Assembly: GCA_002104905.1 (NCBI GenBank)
Contig: MCFE01000172.1
Span: 62,001 to 126,000, forward strand
Length of the DNA stretch: 64,000 nucleotides
Direction: 5' to 3'
DNA from: Basidiobolus meristosporus CBS 931.73
Taxonomy: Eukaryota; Fungi; Basidiobolomycota
Numbering within the stretch: the first letter of the stretch is position 1; each line of letters opens with the position of its first letter. A program made the position numbers and the translations under genes. Positions 1 through 11,461 of the stretch are shown here, one piece after another. The notes beneath the pieces are model-generated. The model ran no database searches, was not told where the DNA came from, and saw only the letters and a program-made list of their open reading frames with translations.

Positions 1-2988
1 GCAGGGAGGACGGTGGTACCAATTAGCTCCATGAAGATTACAAATTGCATAGAGAAACAGAATGTTCCGCAGAGGTCTCGAATGAGAACCAGCTCCAAAA
101 GGTTGTGCACAGTGGAGTTGATCCAACGACGGCGTTGGGAAAGCAAAACCCTGAATGAATCAGGAACCACAGTTTTACACACAGCTTGGGGTACAAAGAT
201 CATTTTACGCTTGGGGAAAGTCTTCAACATCAGGGTGGTCAGGTAGCGATCTTCACCCAGCAAGAGTAGATTCTTCTTGTGCAGAGTGTCCACTACATTC
301 TCGGAGTAATGCTCAACGATGTCGGGACTGGCTAATACTGGCACCCAGAAATTGCTAGGGCCCTTCGGCGCCTTGATCCGATACATACAGAAGCATCCTG
401 GGAGACAGGTAACGCCGCCAAATACCGACTCGAAGGCCTTGCTCAAGTGATGGGAGATGTAGTATTCGAAAACTTGAATCATCGACACCCAGCTTTGAGA
501 TTTGTTGGCAATCTTGGTTTCTCCACACAGCCCCATAATCTTCGGATCGCGGACCATACAGGAGACCATGCGGGTAACAGAGTCTGGGTACACCTTAGTA
601 TCAGCATCCACCATCAGAACAATCTCGAAATTATCCGGACTCACGCCAGTAGTACTCCAAATAGCATTGAACAGCTCGTATTCCATCTCAGTCATACGGT
701 CGTCAAACATAACATGCTGAAGGAACGACATCAATATAATCTGACTGTCACGTTTACCGCGATTACCAGGCTTCGGTGCATTGGCCTCCTCAGGGGTTCC
801 ACATTTGGATATCAAAATCATGGGCACACGTTGTTGCTTTTCAAACGGAATAGTCTGATCATCGAACTTGTAATAGCCCGCATAGACCTTGGCCATGTTG
901 TGTCTTTTCGAGCCATCAGCAATAGCAACGTAAGAGTAGGGTTGGACATTCTCGGGCGCTATGACGAAGTCCTTCATCATTGATAAGCACACATCTGGAG
1001 TAGACATATCATTCCCGCTACCAACAATGATACCGTCCGCAATAACGAGGATAAGCTTGTGTGATTGAGGATAGTCGGTCAAAGCCAGAGAGTCCAGTGT
1101 GGTACGAATACCATCGGCGCCTTCGGAATAGCACGTAACAAGCAGAATAGTGTGTGCCAAATTGAAGTTAAATGGCTGGAATGATACTGGAGGAGGGGTG
1201 GGTGGAACGTGAACATTCGATACGAAAGTCGATGAGCAGTAGGATGATCGGCGAGATGCTTCAAGGCTCATAGACGTGGGGCGATGATGAATGTTGGGCG
1301 GAACTAACGAATTAGACGAATGCTTCATGTCAGGGCTGTATGGATTCAGATTGGAGGTCCCTCTCTTGTAACCGTTATTCATGTCGGCGTTCGGGTAGGC
1401 CGAGTAGCGAGAGGTGATCGGAAGGGACCCGGTAGATTTACTAGGTTGCGAATTATTGCCTCGAGCGACGCTGATTGCTAGATTTGATGGACTCTCACTC
1501 CATTGTTCAATAGCTTCCATACGTTTCATGCGCTCTTCATACGTTTCTTGACGGAAGGAACCCAATCTCCAGCTTAAGACCCAGCCGAAAAACACGGCAA
1601 AGACGAACTTAGTCAACACCACGCCGAGAATCACGATGAGAGAAACGTAGAGTACTACATTCGAAATGATACAACCCATCGAATTAGTATCAAGTGCTCC
1701 AACTCTGAATATCTCCATCGCACATTTGGCTGCCTCTCTGTGGTAGTTGTTCAGGAAGAGAGTGGCATCAGTGCCCCTGTAGGGAGAATTGAGGTCACGA
1801 AGCTGGGTGAATATGGCCGGTGGAGTGACCCCAGGTACAAGCCAGTCAACCAAGCCAAAGTCCAAGACATGGCCGTTGTAGACCACAAGGCTTTTTTGTT
1901 TGGATTGTATATCTTTCCATTCAAAATATACCTCACCGTCCAATGGGAGATTGGGTGTAATTACTTGATTGCCACCTGCGTTGTGTAGACAGTTATTTGC
2001 ATCAAAATTTTGTTGAGGATTCGGCGTTGTATAGGCATCTCGGCGGACACAAGGAAAATAATTAGTCATGCCACTGGTTGCGCTGCCCAAGACTTTTCGA
2101 CAATGCCCAACGGTGTTTTGGAATTGAAAAGACAAATCCATACCACCAGCGCCATTAAAGAATTCAATGTTTGACGTCCCCAATCGGTAAGCCTTTCCAT
2201 TGACCACCACATCATCTCCCCCTACAGTTCCCACACGGATACGACCAACATTATTCCATCCGCATAGAACCTGCTGGAGGCCAAAAGTCAAGAATCCAAC
2301 AACTCCGCATAAAAGAAAGATTATTGTGCATAGTGCCATTTTCTCTCTCCAAGCTTGTCTGACATCGCCAGTCTTCATTCCTAAGGAGTAAGGTCAGTAG
2401 AGGATATTTTAAGCAAACAATGACTTTACTTACCACAGCAGGAGAGAATTGGGCGTGGAGCATAGAAAGTAATAATTTTGGAAAATATCACCCAGCAGCT
2501 GGGGCATTTCTTCTTAGGCTTCGACAGATTAGCTTTTTTCTGCACGGCGGCATTTTTGCTTAGACTTCCGGCTCTTCCTAAGATCTCGTCGCGGTTTCTG
2601 ATGTTAGGCTTTGGGCGACGTTCGGGTCGATGTAATGACTTTTGGCGGCCTGGTTCAGAAGACCTGGGTGCGTTTTCTAATTGACGACCTATCCAGGTTA
2701 TAAAAACGTTAGTAGCTCTATAAGGAATACAACGGAGTCTTCGCTTACCAGGTCCGTTACGCCCAATATCTCGAAGTTCAAGACCTTCTTGCGCTCTGTG
2801 CGAGCGATTTCCTCTACTTTCATAATTCTGTGGTCTCCGAGCGCCTAGAATGGTGAACACACGTTAAAAGGAGTCTTCAGCAATTAGGTATAGAGACTGG
2901 CGAATGCAGCAAGACTCTGTTGGTGTAGGTATTGTGGCTGTGAATAGTTACCTTCTGAAGGCATTCTAGGTTCGGGCTTCGAAGCCAT
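1..2988 (-). CDS. CHS3: Class IV chitin synthase (Chs3-like), 3' end beyond the window edge
   Basis: Minus strand encodes QRRRWINSTVHN (~113-136), GEDRYLT (~240-258), VTCLPGCFCMYRI and VLMVDADT, plus a cytochrome-b5-like LVVYNGHVLD...RGTDAT segment and the N-terminal RQAWREKMALC motif. Rebuilt start MASKPEPRMPSE at 2988, with introns at 2845-2951, 2689-2748 and ~2375-2428. Confidence 0.95.
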
Positions 2989-3449
2989 ACTGAAAAGATA
3001 TTATAAACAAAAGGCTTCTGATTATAAGTTATTAGCTATTAGAGAGATGAAGGGAATAAAGATGTAGTTGTGCTATCCGCCAAGTACAACGCTTACAATC
3101 CAAGTGAGAAATGTGAAGAAGCTAAAAGGAAGAAGAGAAATTAAGATTTGGATTTATTAACGAGACACACCAATAAAAATCCATCATTGCTCTTATAGTG
3201 ATCCAGTGATCTAAAGAAATCTATCCTGTTGTAGGCGCATAAGTAACAGCTCTAGATGAGGATAAAGTTACTACGCCGAGGATTTCCTAAATTAGCGAGA
3301 TCATAAAACGGTCATTTCCTTACCGTACTGGGTGTATTCTAAAGTGTATATTAACTCTAAGATTCTGTTCTTGCCAATTTCTTAATGACAAACTCATTCG
3401 TTTCTAATTTGATTACATTAGCACAAATGGAAATATTCAAATAGCACAG

Positions 3450-4600
3450 CGTGGTATCGTGATCCGTACCATCACAAAACAAATATAGCAGCCAATAATT
3501 CTTCGGGGATCACTGAGCGATGAAAAAACGAATTCTGAAAATTCACCGATCCTAGGTGAGGGTGGTCTCGGCGTTGGAGCGGCTCGTGCTTAGACTGATG
3601 GGGTAATTGAATCAGAGATGTGGAGGTTGATTTTACTGGCCTAACAGATGAACCGAATCGTTACCATATACCAACTTACTCGCCACACTTGACTAAAGTT
3701 TTTCTCTTGGCCTGTGTCTACGTAAAGCTTTGCGAAGTTTCAATAGTCGCCAGTCCCTTAGTGGTATAGCGTTTCTTGAACGAATGTGGTATTCTTGAAA
3801 TATTAGAGCCAACACAACTTCAACCAAGATACAGCAGTATCATGGGGTTAACTAAGGCTACTTGTGCGTTGTCACAAACAGTATCATAGCTTCGTGGCAA
3901 AGGAGACATATTTATTGGTATGAGAAGCCGAATCAAGGGAGTTATATTTGGTATCGTTATCAAATTCCTCGCTCCATATTGAATGGTCAAGTCAGTTGAG
4001 GAGTTTCGCAAAACCTGGATGAGAAGTTAGGACCATTACAGACATGCCCTTGTCAACATCGATTAGTCGTTCTGGACTATACTTGATGCGCAGAATTCTC
4101 AAGTAGTCCAAATGTAGTAGTTGGGCCAGTTGCTAAGCTATCTCTAAACCATCGAGTAAGTTGAAACTATGTATAGGTCAAATAACCGATCAGTAGTGAG
4201 GCAGAAAAGTGTGTAAAACGGTCTTCAGTTATGTGCATGTGGCAAAGGAACTTGGGAGGATCTTATGCGGGTGAATATGATAGTAAGAGTTCACTACCTA
4301 GTGAATGAAGCCCTTTCCATACGTAACAATTTTGGCCAAGGCCGCACAGCCCCACCAAAAACTATATTTACTGTTGCTACAGATTCTCAGCATGCCATTG
4401 ATCTACTGCGTGAACAGCTACCAACGTTGGGCTATAGTGTATAACTGACAAGGAGATATTTCTCATTTGGACTAATATATGTACATATCCAGATAGGCTT
4501 GTTCTCCGGCAGATTGTTGTTCTACAGATCACCAAAAGGGACATAGGCCGTTGGGACGAACATTAGAGCTCATCACCAGCATTTATGACCCGTAAAACAT
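3450..4600 (+). mobile_element. Decayed non-LTR (LINE-like) retrotransposon fragment with an RNase H-like remnant
   Basis: Broken frames give GEGGLGV...MWRLIL (resembles the post-RT GGLG motif of L1/Tx1 ORF2) at ~3555-3635 and KTIFTVATDSQHAIDLL ... KGH (RNase H-like) at ~4355-4545. Many stops and frameshifts. Motif resemblance only. Confidence 0.4.
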
Positions 4601-5399
4601 GAATGATTGACACTTGTAGTACGGCTAGTCAGGTTAAACAGAATTAAACACAGCTTTAGATTAAATGCATTCACTGCAGGAGTAGGCTCATGTTTTCGAC
4701 TGTCACTTATTTGGAAATTGACTTATAACGCACACTGCATAAGCTGCCGTACAATAACAATAAACACATTCAATATTTGAAGGTGTTTGATGTATTGCTA
4801 ATATTGCTAGATAAAACTTGAGTAGCATCCAGGTATAAAGTGTTGCAAATAATTAGTATTATACCTGATTGTTCATTTATCAGGGTTTCATATTTAGGCA
4901 GCATGCTGGCTTGTAATATATTTTGATGCTCCCTTGCAGTTGCGCAAATTTTGATGATGTAGCGATTCACAACAGTGAGCAAGCTTTGCATACGTGCTTT
5001 GGAGATCATCTAAAATATAGCTACTCATTAATTTGTATCAATACATAAGTTTTATACTCTTTACAGGAGTCATATTCTCATAGTTACAATTGCACAGGCA
5101 TAGCTCTCACACTAGTCTCCAAGCAATGCAAAGTTCATGATTAACTGATATATATTGACTTCTAATAAATACTGATTTTTAAAACATATAAGTTTGGTGA
5201 AAATGATTGGTTTCTACAGAATTGCCATAATATTGAATAATGAATCTTCAATGAGCTGATAGTAGCCTAGTTTTGTTATATATTGTTTAATGTCCAATGT
5301 ATAATTATAAACCTTTGTTAAAGAAGTCGAGTGCTTCTATATTGGGGTTAAGAGGTTAGATGGTACCGGGAAATAATGTTATGAGGATGTATTAGTGTA

Positions 5400-6800
5400 G
5401 GAAGTGTGCCCAAGGAGTCTTCAAACGATACTGCAAATCCATCTTATACATGAGATATAGGTATGAGAGTCAAAATGCTGGCGTCATGGGCACCACTAAC
5501 AAGTGTTGCATTCCAAAGGCTTCTGGTGAATGGAAAAAGCAATGGCCTTAGTTTCTATAGCTACACGTTGTAGAGCCCAACTAGTTATCATATACTAACA
5601 AGGAATATTGTGCATGTACAATCAGGTTGAGATCCTTTCGTTGATTTAGAGAATAAAACTGTAAAAGCCAATGTGCCCTCACCGAGGAATAGCCACTTGC
5701 AAGATATTATGGAGTATAAGAAGCGATTTGGAGAGCTGAGAGTTTTGTATCATACTTTTTAGCGTTTTGAGCATGAAAATTCAGGTCTTCAAAGAATCAT
5801 CAAGTATCTTACAAACCAAATCAAAAGTCAGCATTGGCTAAGTGGTAAATCATATTGTATGAATAGCGCAGGTGCACTACTAACCAACTACAACAAAGTC
5901 ACATCGGAAAATAACTTAATTCTGGATATCGCATCTGGAGACCAATACGTATGAGTTTTTTCTCTACGGTCAGCGGAGTATCTGGTATTTTGTGATTGCT
6001 TTAGTTTGACTTCACATTTTTCCAAAGGCACAATATGATATTACATAGTAATGTCTAAAGAACAGAGGACTGCGTACTCTAGTCACAAACTCTATGTGTA
6101 TTTTGACCACGATGTACTAAATTTCAAAAAAAAATCACAGCACACTCATTGTATTTTCACATTGTAGAATAGCTACAAATTCCACCTCAGTCACAACTCA
6201 GCGGGAAACACAGCTACAGTACTTGTTTACTCCATACAAGAGGACCATGCTGATACTGATATTCATGTCCATCTGGTTTGGGTATACATACATCGAGGCT
6301 ACATTCTGTCGTGGTAAGGCGCAGCATGGCTAGGTGTAGAAGTTTGAATATATGACTTTTACATCAAAGTAGCCTTCCGAACTGAACAATATTGTAATAC
6401 TCAGCTAATCCTATTATCTGTGATTCCTTAAATGATCATTGATATAAAATATAACTCATTCATATAACATGACAGCCTAGTAGCGTATGAAATATATCAA
6501 GAAGCTGCAAGTTGCATAGAGCGATACAAGTGGTATACATTTGAGGTTTTTTACACGATGAAAAGCCGTTCGAAAACAAAAATTATTGCCACTAGCATTA
6601 CGTCCTTATAAGTGACCACCAATTTTCCTCTTGTGATCGGCAAGTGAATTATAGTGCTGAGCAATGTGTGGGTCCTACGGAAACTTTTCATCAGGAGGTG
6701 GCACTTCCAGAGAATGAGTATTCATTAGATGTGCCTGAATATGACATGGGGATAAAATGGCGGCAAGTAATTGGTTCTGTTTAGACATTGAGGTATTATT
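5400..6800 (+). pseudogene. Intron-bearing pseudogene remnant of unknown family
   Basis: GTATGA/GTAAAT donors, CTAAC branch sites and AG acceptors separate exon-like segments reading G*DPFVDLENK...RFGELRVLYHTF*RFEHENSGLQRIIKYL...WLS|VTSENNLILDIASGDQY|FDFTFFQ, with in-frame TGA/TAG/TAA stops. Confidence 0.4.
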
Positions 6801-7392
6801 GTTTCTTAGAAATCAACATCTTCCAAATGATATAGAATTGGCACCAAAGTCATTTGATATGTATAGTGCTTAGTTCTCAAAAGACAACAGAAATAATAAT
6901 TCAAATGTTTTATGACTAAACCTGATATAAGTAGTGTAGATTAATGAAAGTTGGTATGCTTTCAGATCGAACCCTGATATGGTGAGAAACAATCTTAGAC
7001 CCATTGTGGCAATTAACCTTAATTTGTATCAGCGCGTGAGAAGTAATAGCTACTGAAGCTCAAGTCAATGTGACCTGTGGCAAGGTGGTAATACGTTTTG
7101 CTTAATGTGAAAACCTTGGAGAGATTATTTGATGATATAGGTCCCAACAGATAGAGTGATCAGTCACTATGTGGAGAAACTAGTGCGATTAGCGGCTTAA
7201 GACCTCAACTGAAATGATTTAGAATGGCATGACGAATACTGAGCTGGAAGGAACCAGTTAAAATGTGGATGCAGTCTGTGGGTGTACGTTAAGCAGAGCC
7301 ATATAAAATTGGCTGAATACTCGGTCAAGCAGGTAAGCTGCATTCGCATCTATTATAACTCCCTTCCATTGCCCGGAAGTATTGTAACCAAC

Positions 7393-9132
7393 ATGAGGAA
7401 AGACGAGACAGTTGGATATGGCGCTGACGATAAAGACTATATCTCCACAGAGCCTGCTGCATATCCCAATGTCCAGGAGAGCAATATCAAATGGTATATG
7501 CGCAACCTTTGTACAAGACAAGGCTGGATAGGCGATTATGATTTCGGGTTTCTTTGTCTACCCAACCTACCAGGATTTAGAAAGCAGGCGCCCGCAAAAT
7601 TCATCGGAATTAAAGACCGCTTACCACTGGCCGTTGCTATCATTATGGGTTTTCAACATTGTTTAGCCATGCTGGCAGGAGTAGTCACACCTCCGCTCAT
7701 TTTATCTGGGCCTGGACCCCAGCACATGAATCTTAACACCGAATATCGTTCTTATCTCATTTCAGCTTCGCTGATTACCTGTGGTCTACTATCAATGATT
7801 CAGATGACTCGATGGAGAATTCCGGGAACTCGCTACTATATGGGAACGGGGCTCATAACTGTTGTTGGCACCTCATTCACCATTATGCCTGTAGCCGAGT
7901 CTTCGTTTGCGTATATGTATCAATCCGATTTCTGCCCTTCCGTGAAAAGCGACATGGGTGTGATAACTCAATACCTACCCTGCCCGCAGGCATATGGTGC
8001 GCTACTTGGAACCACGATGACATGCTCCGTATTGATGATACTCATCTCGTTCGTGCCTGCTAAAGTGCTGCATAAGCTATTTCCTCCGCTTGTTACGGGA
8101 ATTACTGTTACGCTGATTGGTGCGCATTTGGTCGGCTCAGGCTTAAAGAACTGGGGAGGAGGCAGTGGACCCTGCATCAACCATCCAGCAAGTGGAAACT
8201 TTATTCGCTGTCCAAATGTTGATGCGCCTAATGCTCTACCGTGGGGTCACATCAAGTACATGGGACTTGGTTTCTTGGTGTTTATCTCCATCATTCTTTT
8301 TGATATCTTCGGCTCTCACTTCATGCGCTCAGCGGAAGTAGTTCTAGGCCTGATTATCGGATTGATTGTCTCTTGGACCACTGGATATGTGAACACCCAG
8401 GTTATCAACGATGCACCAGTAGTCACTTTTCTTTGGGTCAAGACATTTCCGCTAAGCATCTATACCCCAGCCATTATTCCCATGCTGGTGATTTACATGT
8501 TGATTGCCGTGGAATCTATTGGTACAATCACTGCATGTTGCGATGTTTCTGGCGTCGAGGTCTCTGGGCCAGTATTTGAGACACGTATCCAAGGAGGAGT
8601 CTTGGCTGATGGTCTAAATAGCCTGCTTGCTGGAGCTTTCACCAATCCTCCCATGTCAACCTTTGCCCAGAACAATGGGATTGTGGCATTGACACGATGC
8701 GCCAATCTCACCACTGGATACGCCTGTTGTTTCTTTCTTGTTTTCATGGGGGTGTTCTCAAAGCTGGCCTCGGTATTTCTTGCCATTCCTGAGTCTGTTC
8801 TTGGTGGAATGACAACCTTCCTGTTTGCCAACGTGTTAGTCTCCGGCATCCGAATTCTTTCTTACCTTAAGTGGACCCGTCGTGATCGCTTTATAGCGGC
8901 CGCTTCTATGACACTTGGAATGGGTACAACGATCAAAGATGACTGGTTCTCCTACGCACTTACCGCGTATAAAGGCTCAAACACTACAGTTAATGGACTG
9001 ATCATTTCCGCCGAGATGATAGTCAACTCAGGGTTTACCATTGCCGCACTAATCGCCATCGTTTTGAACCTGGTGATGCCCAAGGAACCAGAGGACCTTG
9101 ACAATGAAGAGAGCGATAGCCACCCAGTTTAA
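7393..9132 (+). CDS. NAT/NCS2 family uric acid-xanthine permease (UapA/UapC-like), apparently intronless
   Basis: Single open frame with many hydrophobic helices, QHCLAM in TM1 and the NAT signature FAQNNGIVALTRCAN. First ATG in frame is at 7393 (MRKDETVG). Confidence 0.95.
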   Translation: MRKDETVGYGADDKDYISTEPAAYPNVQESNIKWYMRNLCTRQGWIGDYDFGFLCLPNLPGFRKQAPAKFIGIKDRLPLAVAIIMGFQHCLAMLAGVVTPPLILSGPGPQHMNLNTEYRSYLISASLITCGLLSMIQMTRWRIPGTRYYMGTGLITVVGTSFTIMPVAESSFAYMYQSDFCPSVKSDMGVITQYLPCPQAYGALLGTTMTCSVLMILISFVPAKVLHKLFPPLVTGITVTLIGAHLVGSGLKNWGGGSGPCINHPASGNFIRCPNVDAPNALPWGHIKYMGLGFLVFISIILFDIFGSHFMRSAEVVLGLIIGLIVSWTTGYVNTQVINDAPVVTFLWVKTFPLSIYTPAIIPMLVIYMLIAVESIGTITACCDVSGVEVSGPVFETRIQGGVLADGLNSLLAGAFTNPPMSTFAQNNGIVALTRCANLTTGYACCFFLVFMGVFSKLASVFLAIPESVLGGMTTFLFANVLVSGIRILSYLKWTRRDRFIAAASMTLGMGTTIKDDWFSYALTAYKGSNTTVNGLIISAEMIVNSGFTIAALIAIVLNLVMPKEPEDLDNEESDSHPV

Positions 9133-9499
9133 TGAAGTTTGTAACTAAAATGCATATGTATGTACCCTAAGACTTGCCATGCGTCCATTGCTATTGGCAA
9201 GAATATAAACCTGAGATGATATGGTAAGCTGAAAATCTTCAACAATAAATAATGACTAGTGCTTGCCATAGGCACCCTTATTTCGGGTGATCTGTTTAAG
9301 GTAGTGGATAATATACAAGAAAGGCCTGATCTCTGCTGAGTCTATAAAGATGGCAGATGACGAATTTTGTGCATGTATGCAGTCTAGAATAAGGTATACG
9401 AGCATTGTTTATATGGATGTTGGAGTAGCGGTATTATGTCCTTAACAACATCTTATAGATGGCCCAAACAACCGATTATATGCACATGTCTTCATCGGC

Positions 9500-10320
9500 A
9501 ATGATGCGCCTTTCTATTTATCTTGCTACCTGGGAAAAGTAATCTTTAGGCATTTGAGAATACTTTGAATCCTTGTTCGTATACATTCTAGTGGAAGGTT
9601 TGGTGTGGCCCCTTGATGTCTGTCAAAGCAGCAGCTAAAGTATATCGGCAAGGATTGATTTCGGTAGTGGGATCAACCGCCAAAAAAGAAGAGGTATTGT
9701 ATAGGAAAAAAGACGCCTTGGCTTTCAATACCTGTCGCAACTCTAACCTTGATAGTGGCAACACAACAACTTGACTCTTACGACTATCTAATGATAAATA
9801 CATGCTCGGCTCAATTACTACACCCTAGCCACCTAGCACTTTGAAGCCAATAACGTTGCTCTTTTTGACAACTTCAGATCCTTCCACCCACTACTATCGC
9901 AACGCCACTTCCTTTCCAATAAAGCTAGCAATGAAGCTGGTTCGACCTTCGACATCTTGATGTGCAATATACGGCGACAAGCACAATAGATTTTCAATCC
10001 CTTTCTGGCAGGGGATAGCTATATATAGGTGCAGCCAGGTCTGACAGTCTTTGAGAGATTCTAGACAGGCTCCGGCCGGTCGGGTTCTTCGGGGGCCCAT
10101 ACAGGGCAAATTCCTGTTCTGGTTCAAGGTTACCCATCGTAACTGAGAGTTCCTGCATACGCCTTGAACATATCCGGATTGGGTGTAGTGCATAATTCGA
10201 TAAAGATTGTTTTATCCCCACTACGACCACGTCTTGATCCCATTTCAACTTCAGGAAGCGCACTAAACGGGACTTATTTAGTGTGAATCCAGGCAATGGT
10301 TTCAATGGCTAAAAGTGTAT
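9500..10320. pseudogene. Decayed coding-like remnant, possibly from a retroelement
   Basis: Minus-strand ORFs 9894-10193 and 9588-9803 share one frame separated by isolated stops. The plus strand has weak LINE-like words (YLG, F.WDQPPKKKR, EANNVALF). Neither strand nor family can be fixed. Confidence 0.2.
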
Positions 10321-10931
10321 CTTGCTTGGTGTCCGCTCTTCACGTCATTTATACGGATTAATGTTTAATGACCTTGGGCATTCCGAAGATCGTTGTACAA
10401 TAAGCATCGAAACGTATACTCTGACATCCCTTGGAAGCATATTGCATATTTATAGATATATATACATTACTTCCTACATAACTGGTTACTCAAGGGTCAT
10501 GCACGACCGATCAAGCATGTACGGTGTTGACCGGTTGCTTTAAGCTATATCTGGTGGTTGCCTACTTGAGAGTAAGTTAGAGTATTTGGAGAAACGATGT
10601 TTTTCACTTACAGTGTGAATCTTTCCGGTATCATTACAAAAGAATTAACAAAAATATCTTATGAAATCAACTTTAAGATCCGAATTAGTTCCTAGCAGGC
10701 TGACTGCTTGCAGATTCATAATATATTAACAAGTGAGATACCAACTATTTGCTACAGCATTCTCACCCAAGCTTAATCCCGAATTCTCATTGATTGTTAT
10801 CATGTGTTACACCCGTGTAATGCTTTTGATTCAACTAAATACTAGCTTTGTTGGAAGAGTTGGAAATACTAGAGATTCTGGACAGGGCAACATCCCATAT
10901 CAGCACAGCTTTAAACAATATTTAGCTATCG

Positions 10932-10949
10932 ATATATATATATATATAT
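10932..10949. repeat. (AT)9 microsatellite
   Basis: Directly visible atatatatatatatatat. Confidence 0.9.
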
Positions 10950-11461
10950 GTGGAACAGTTCAGTATCAAGTCAAGCATTAGCAACACGCAACACAGCTGT
11001 GGTTTTGGAAATTTCATTGATATTGATTTTGTAGTCAGAATTTGAATAAATACTCTGAATGGGGATATCGTAGCACACTGAAAATCAGTATAATACACAA
11101 GTTACTCAAATCCCCAATCGCCTCCAGATCCTATGTATACCTTACACAAACCAAACTGATGTGTTCAGTTGAGCCCACAGTAGTGACAAATTTCCAGTCC
11201 AGAGTTTATACGGACAGCAGCACAGGAGGGTGTTAATCTAGAACCCAAAAGGGATGGATATGTGCGAGGGCAATGATATATGTTGGTTGATTAGCGTTTA
11301 TTACGTTATGTATGGAGGGTAGCATTGAAGTAGATAGTTTTGGCCTTGCTACATTCTAAGTAGTAACTGCCTGATGTAGTGAAAATTGCCTATGGAATAT
11401 GCGTTGATAAATAATAATGGTAATCAAAATTGAAATAGTGTTCTCAAAAGGAATCGTCTAG

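Noticed and set aside
447-983. 178-aa plus-strand ORF and similar long ORFs opposite the OPT, HHK, ACOX and transporter genes
   Set aside because: Antisense shadows of real coding regions with no recognisable motifs.
4290-4305. Perfect 7-bp inverted repeat TTCACTA-CC-TAGTGAA
   Set aside because: Short enough to occur by chance in 64 kb, with no associated element ends.
7282-7392. N-terminal extension of the purine permease shown in the ORF track
   Set aside because: It begins at GTG; in a eukaryote the first in-frame ATG at 7393 is the likely start.
5400-10320. In-frame stops as evidence of stop-codon reassignment
   Set aside because: Intact genes in the window terminate at TAA, TAG and TGA normally, so the stops indicate pseudogenisation.
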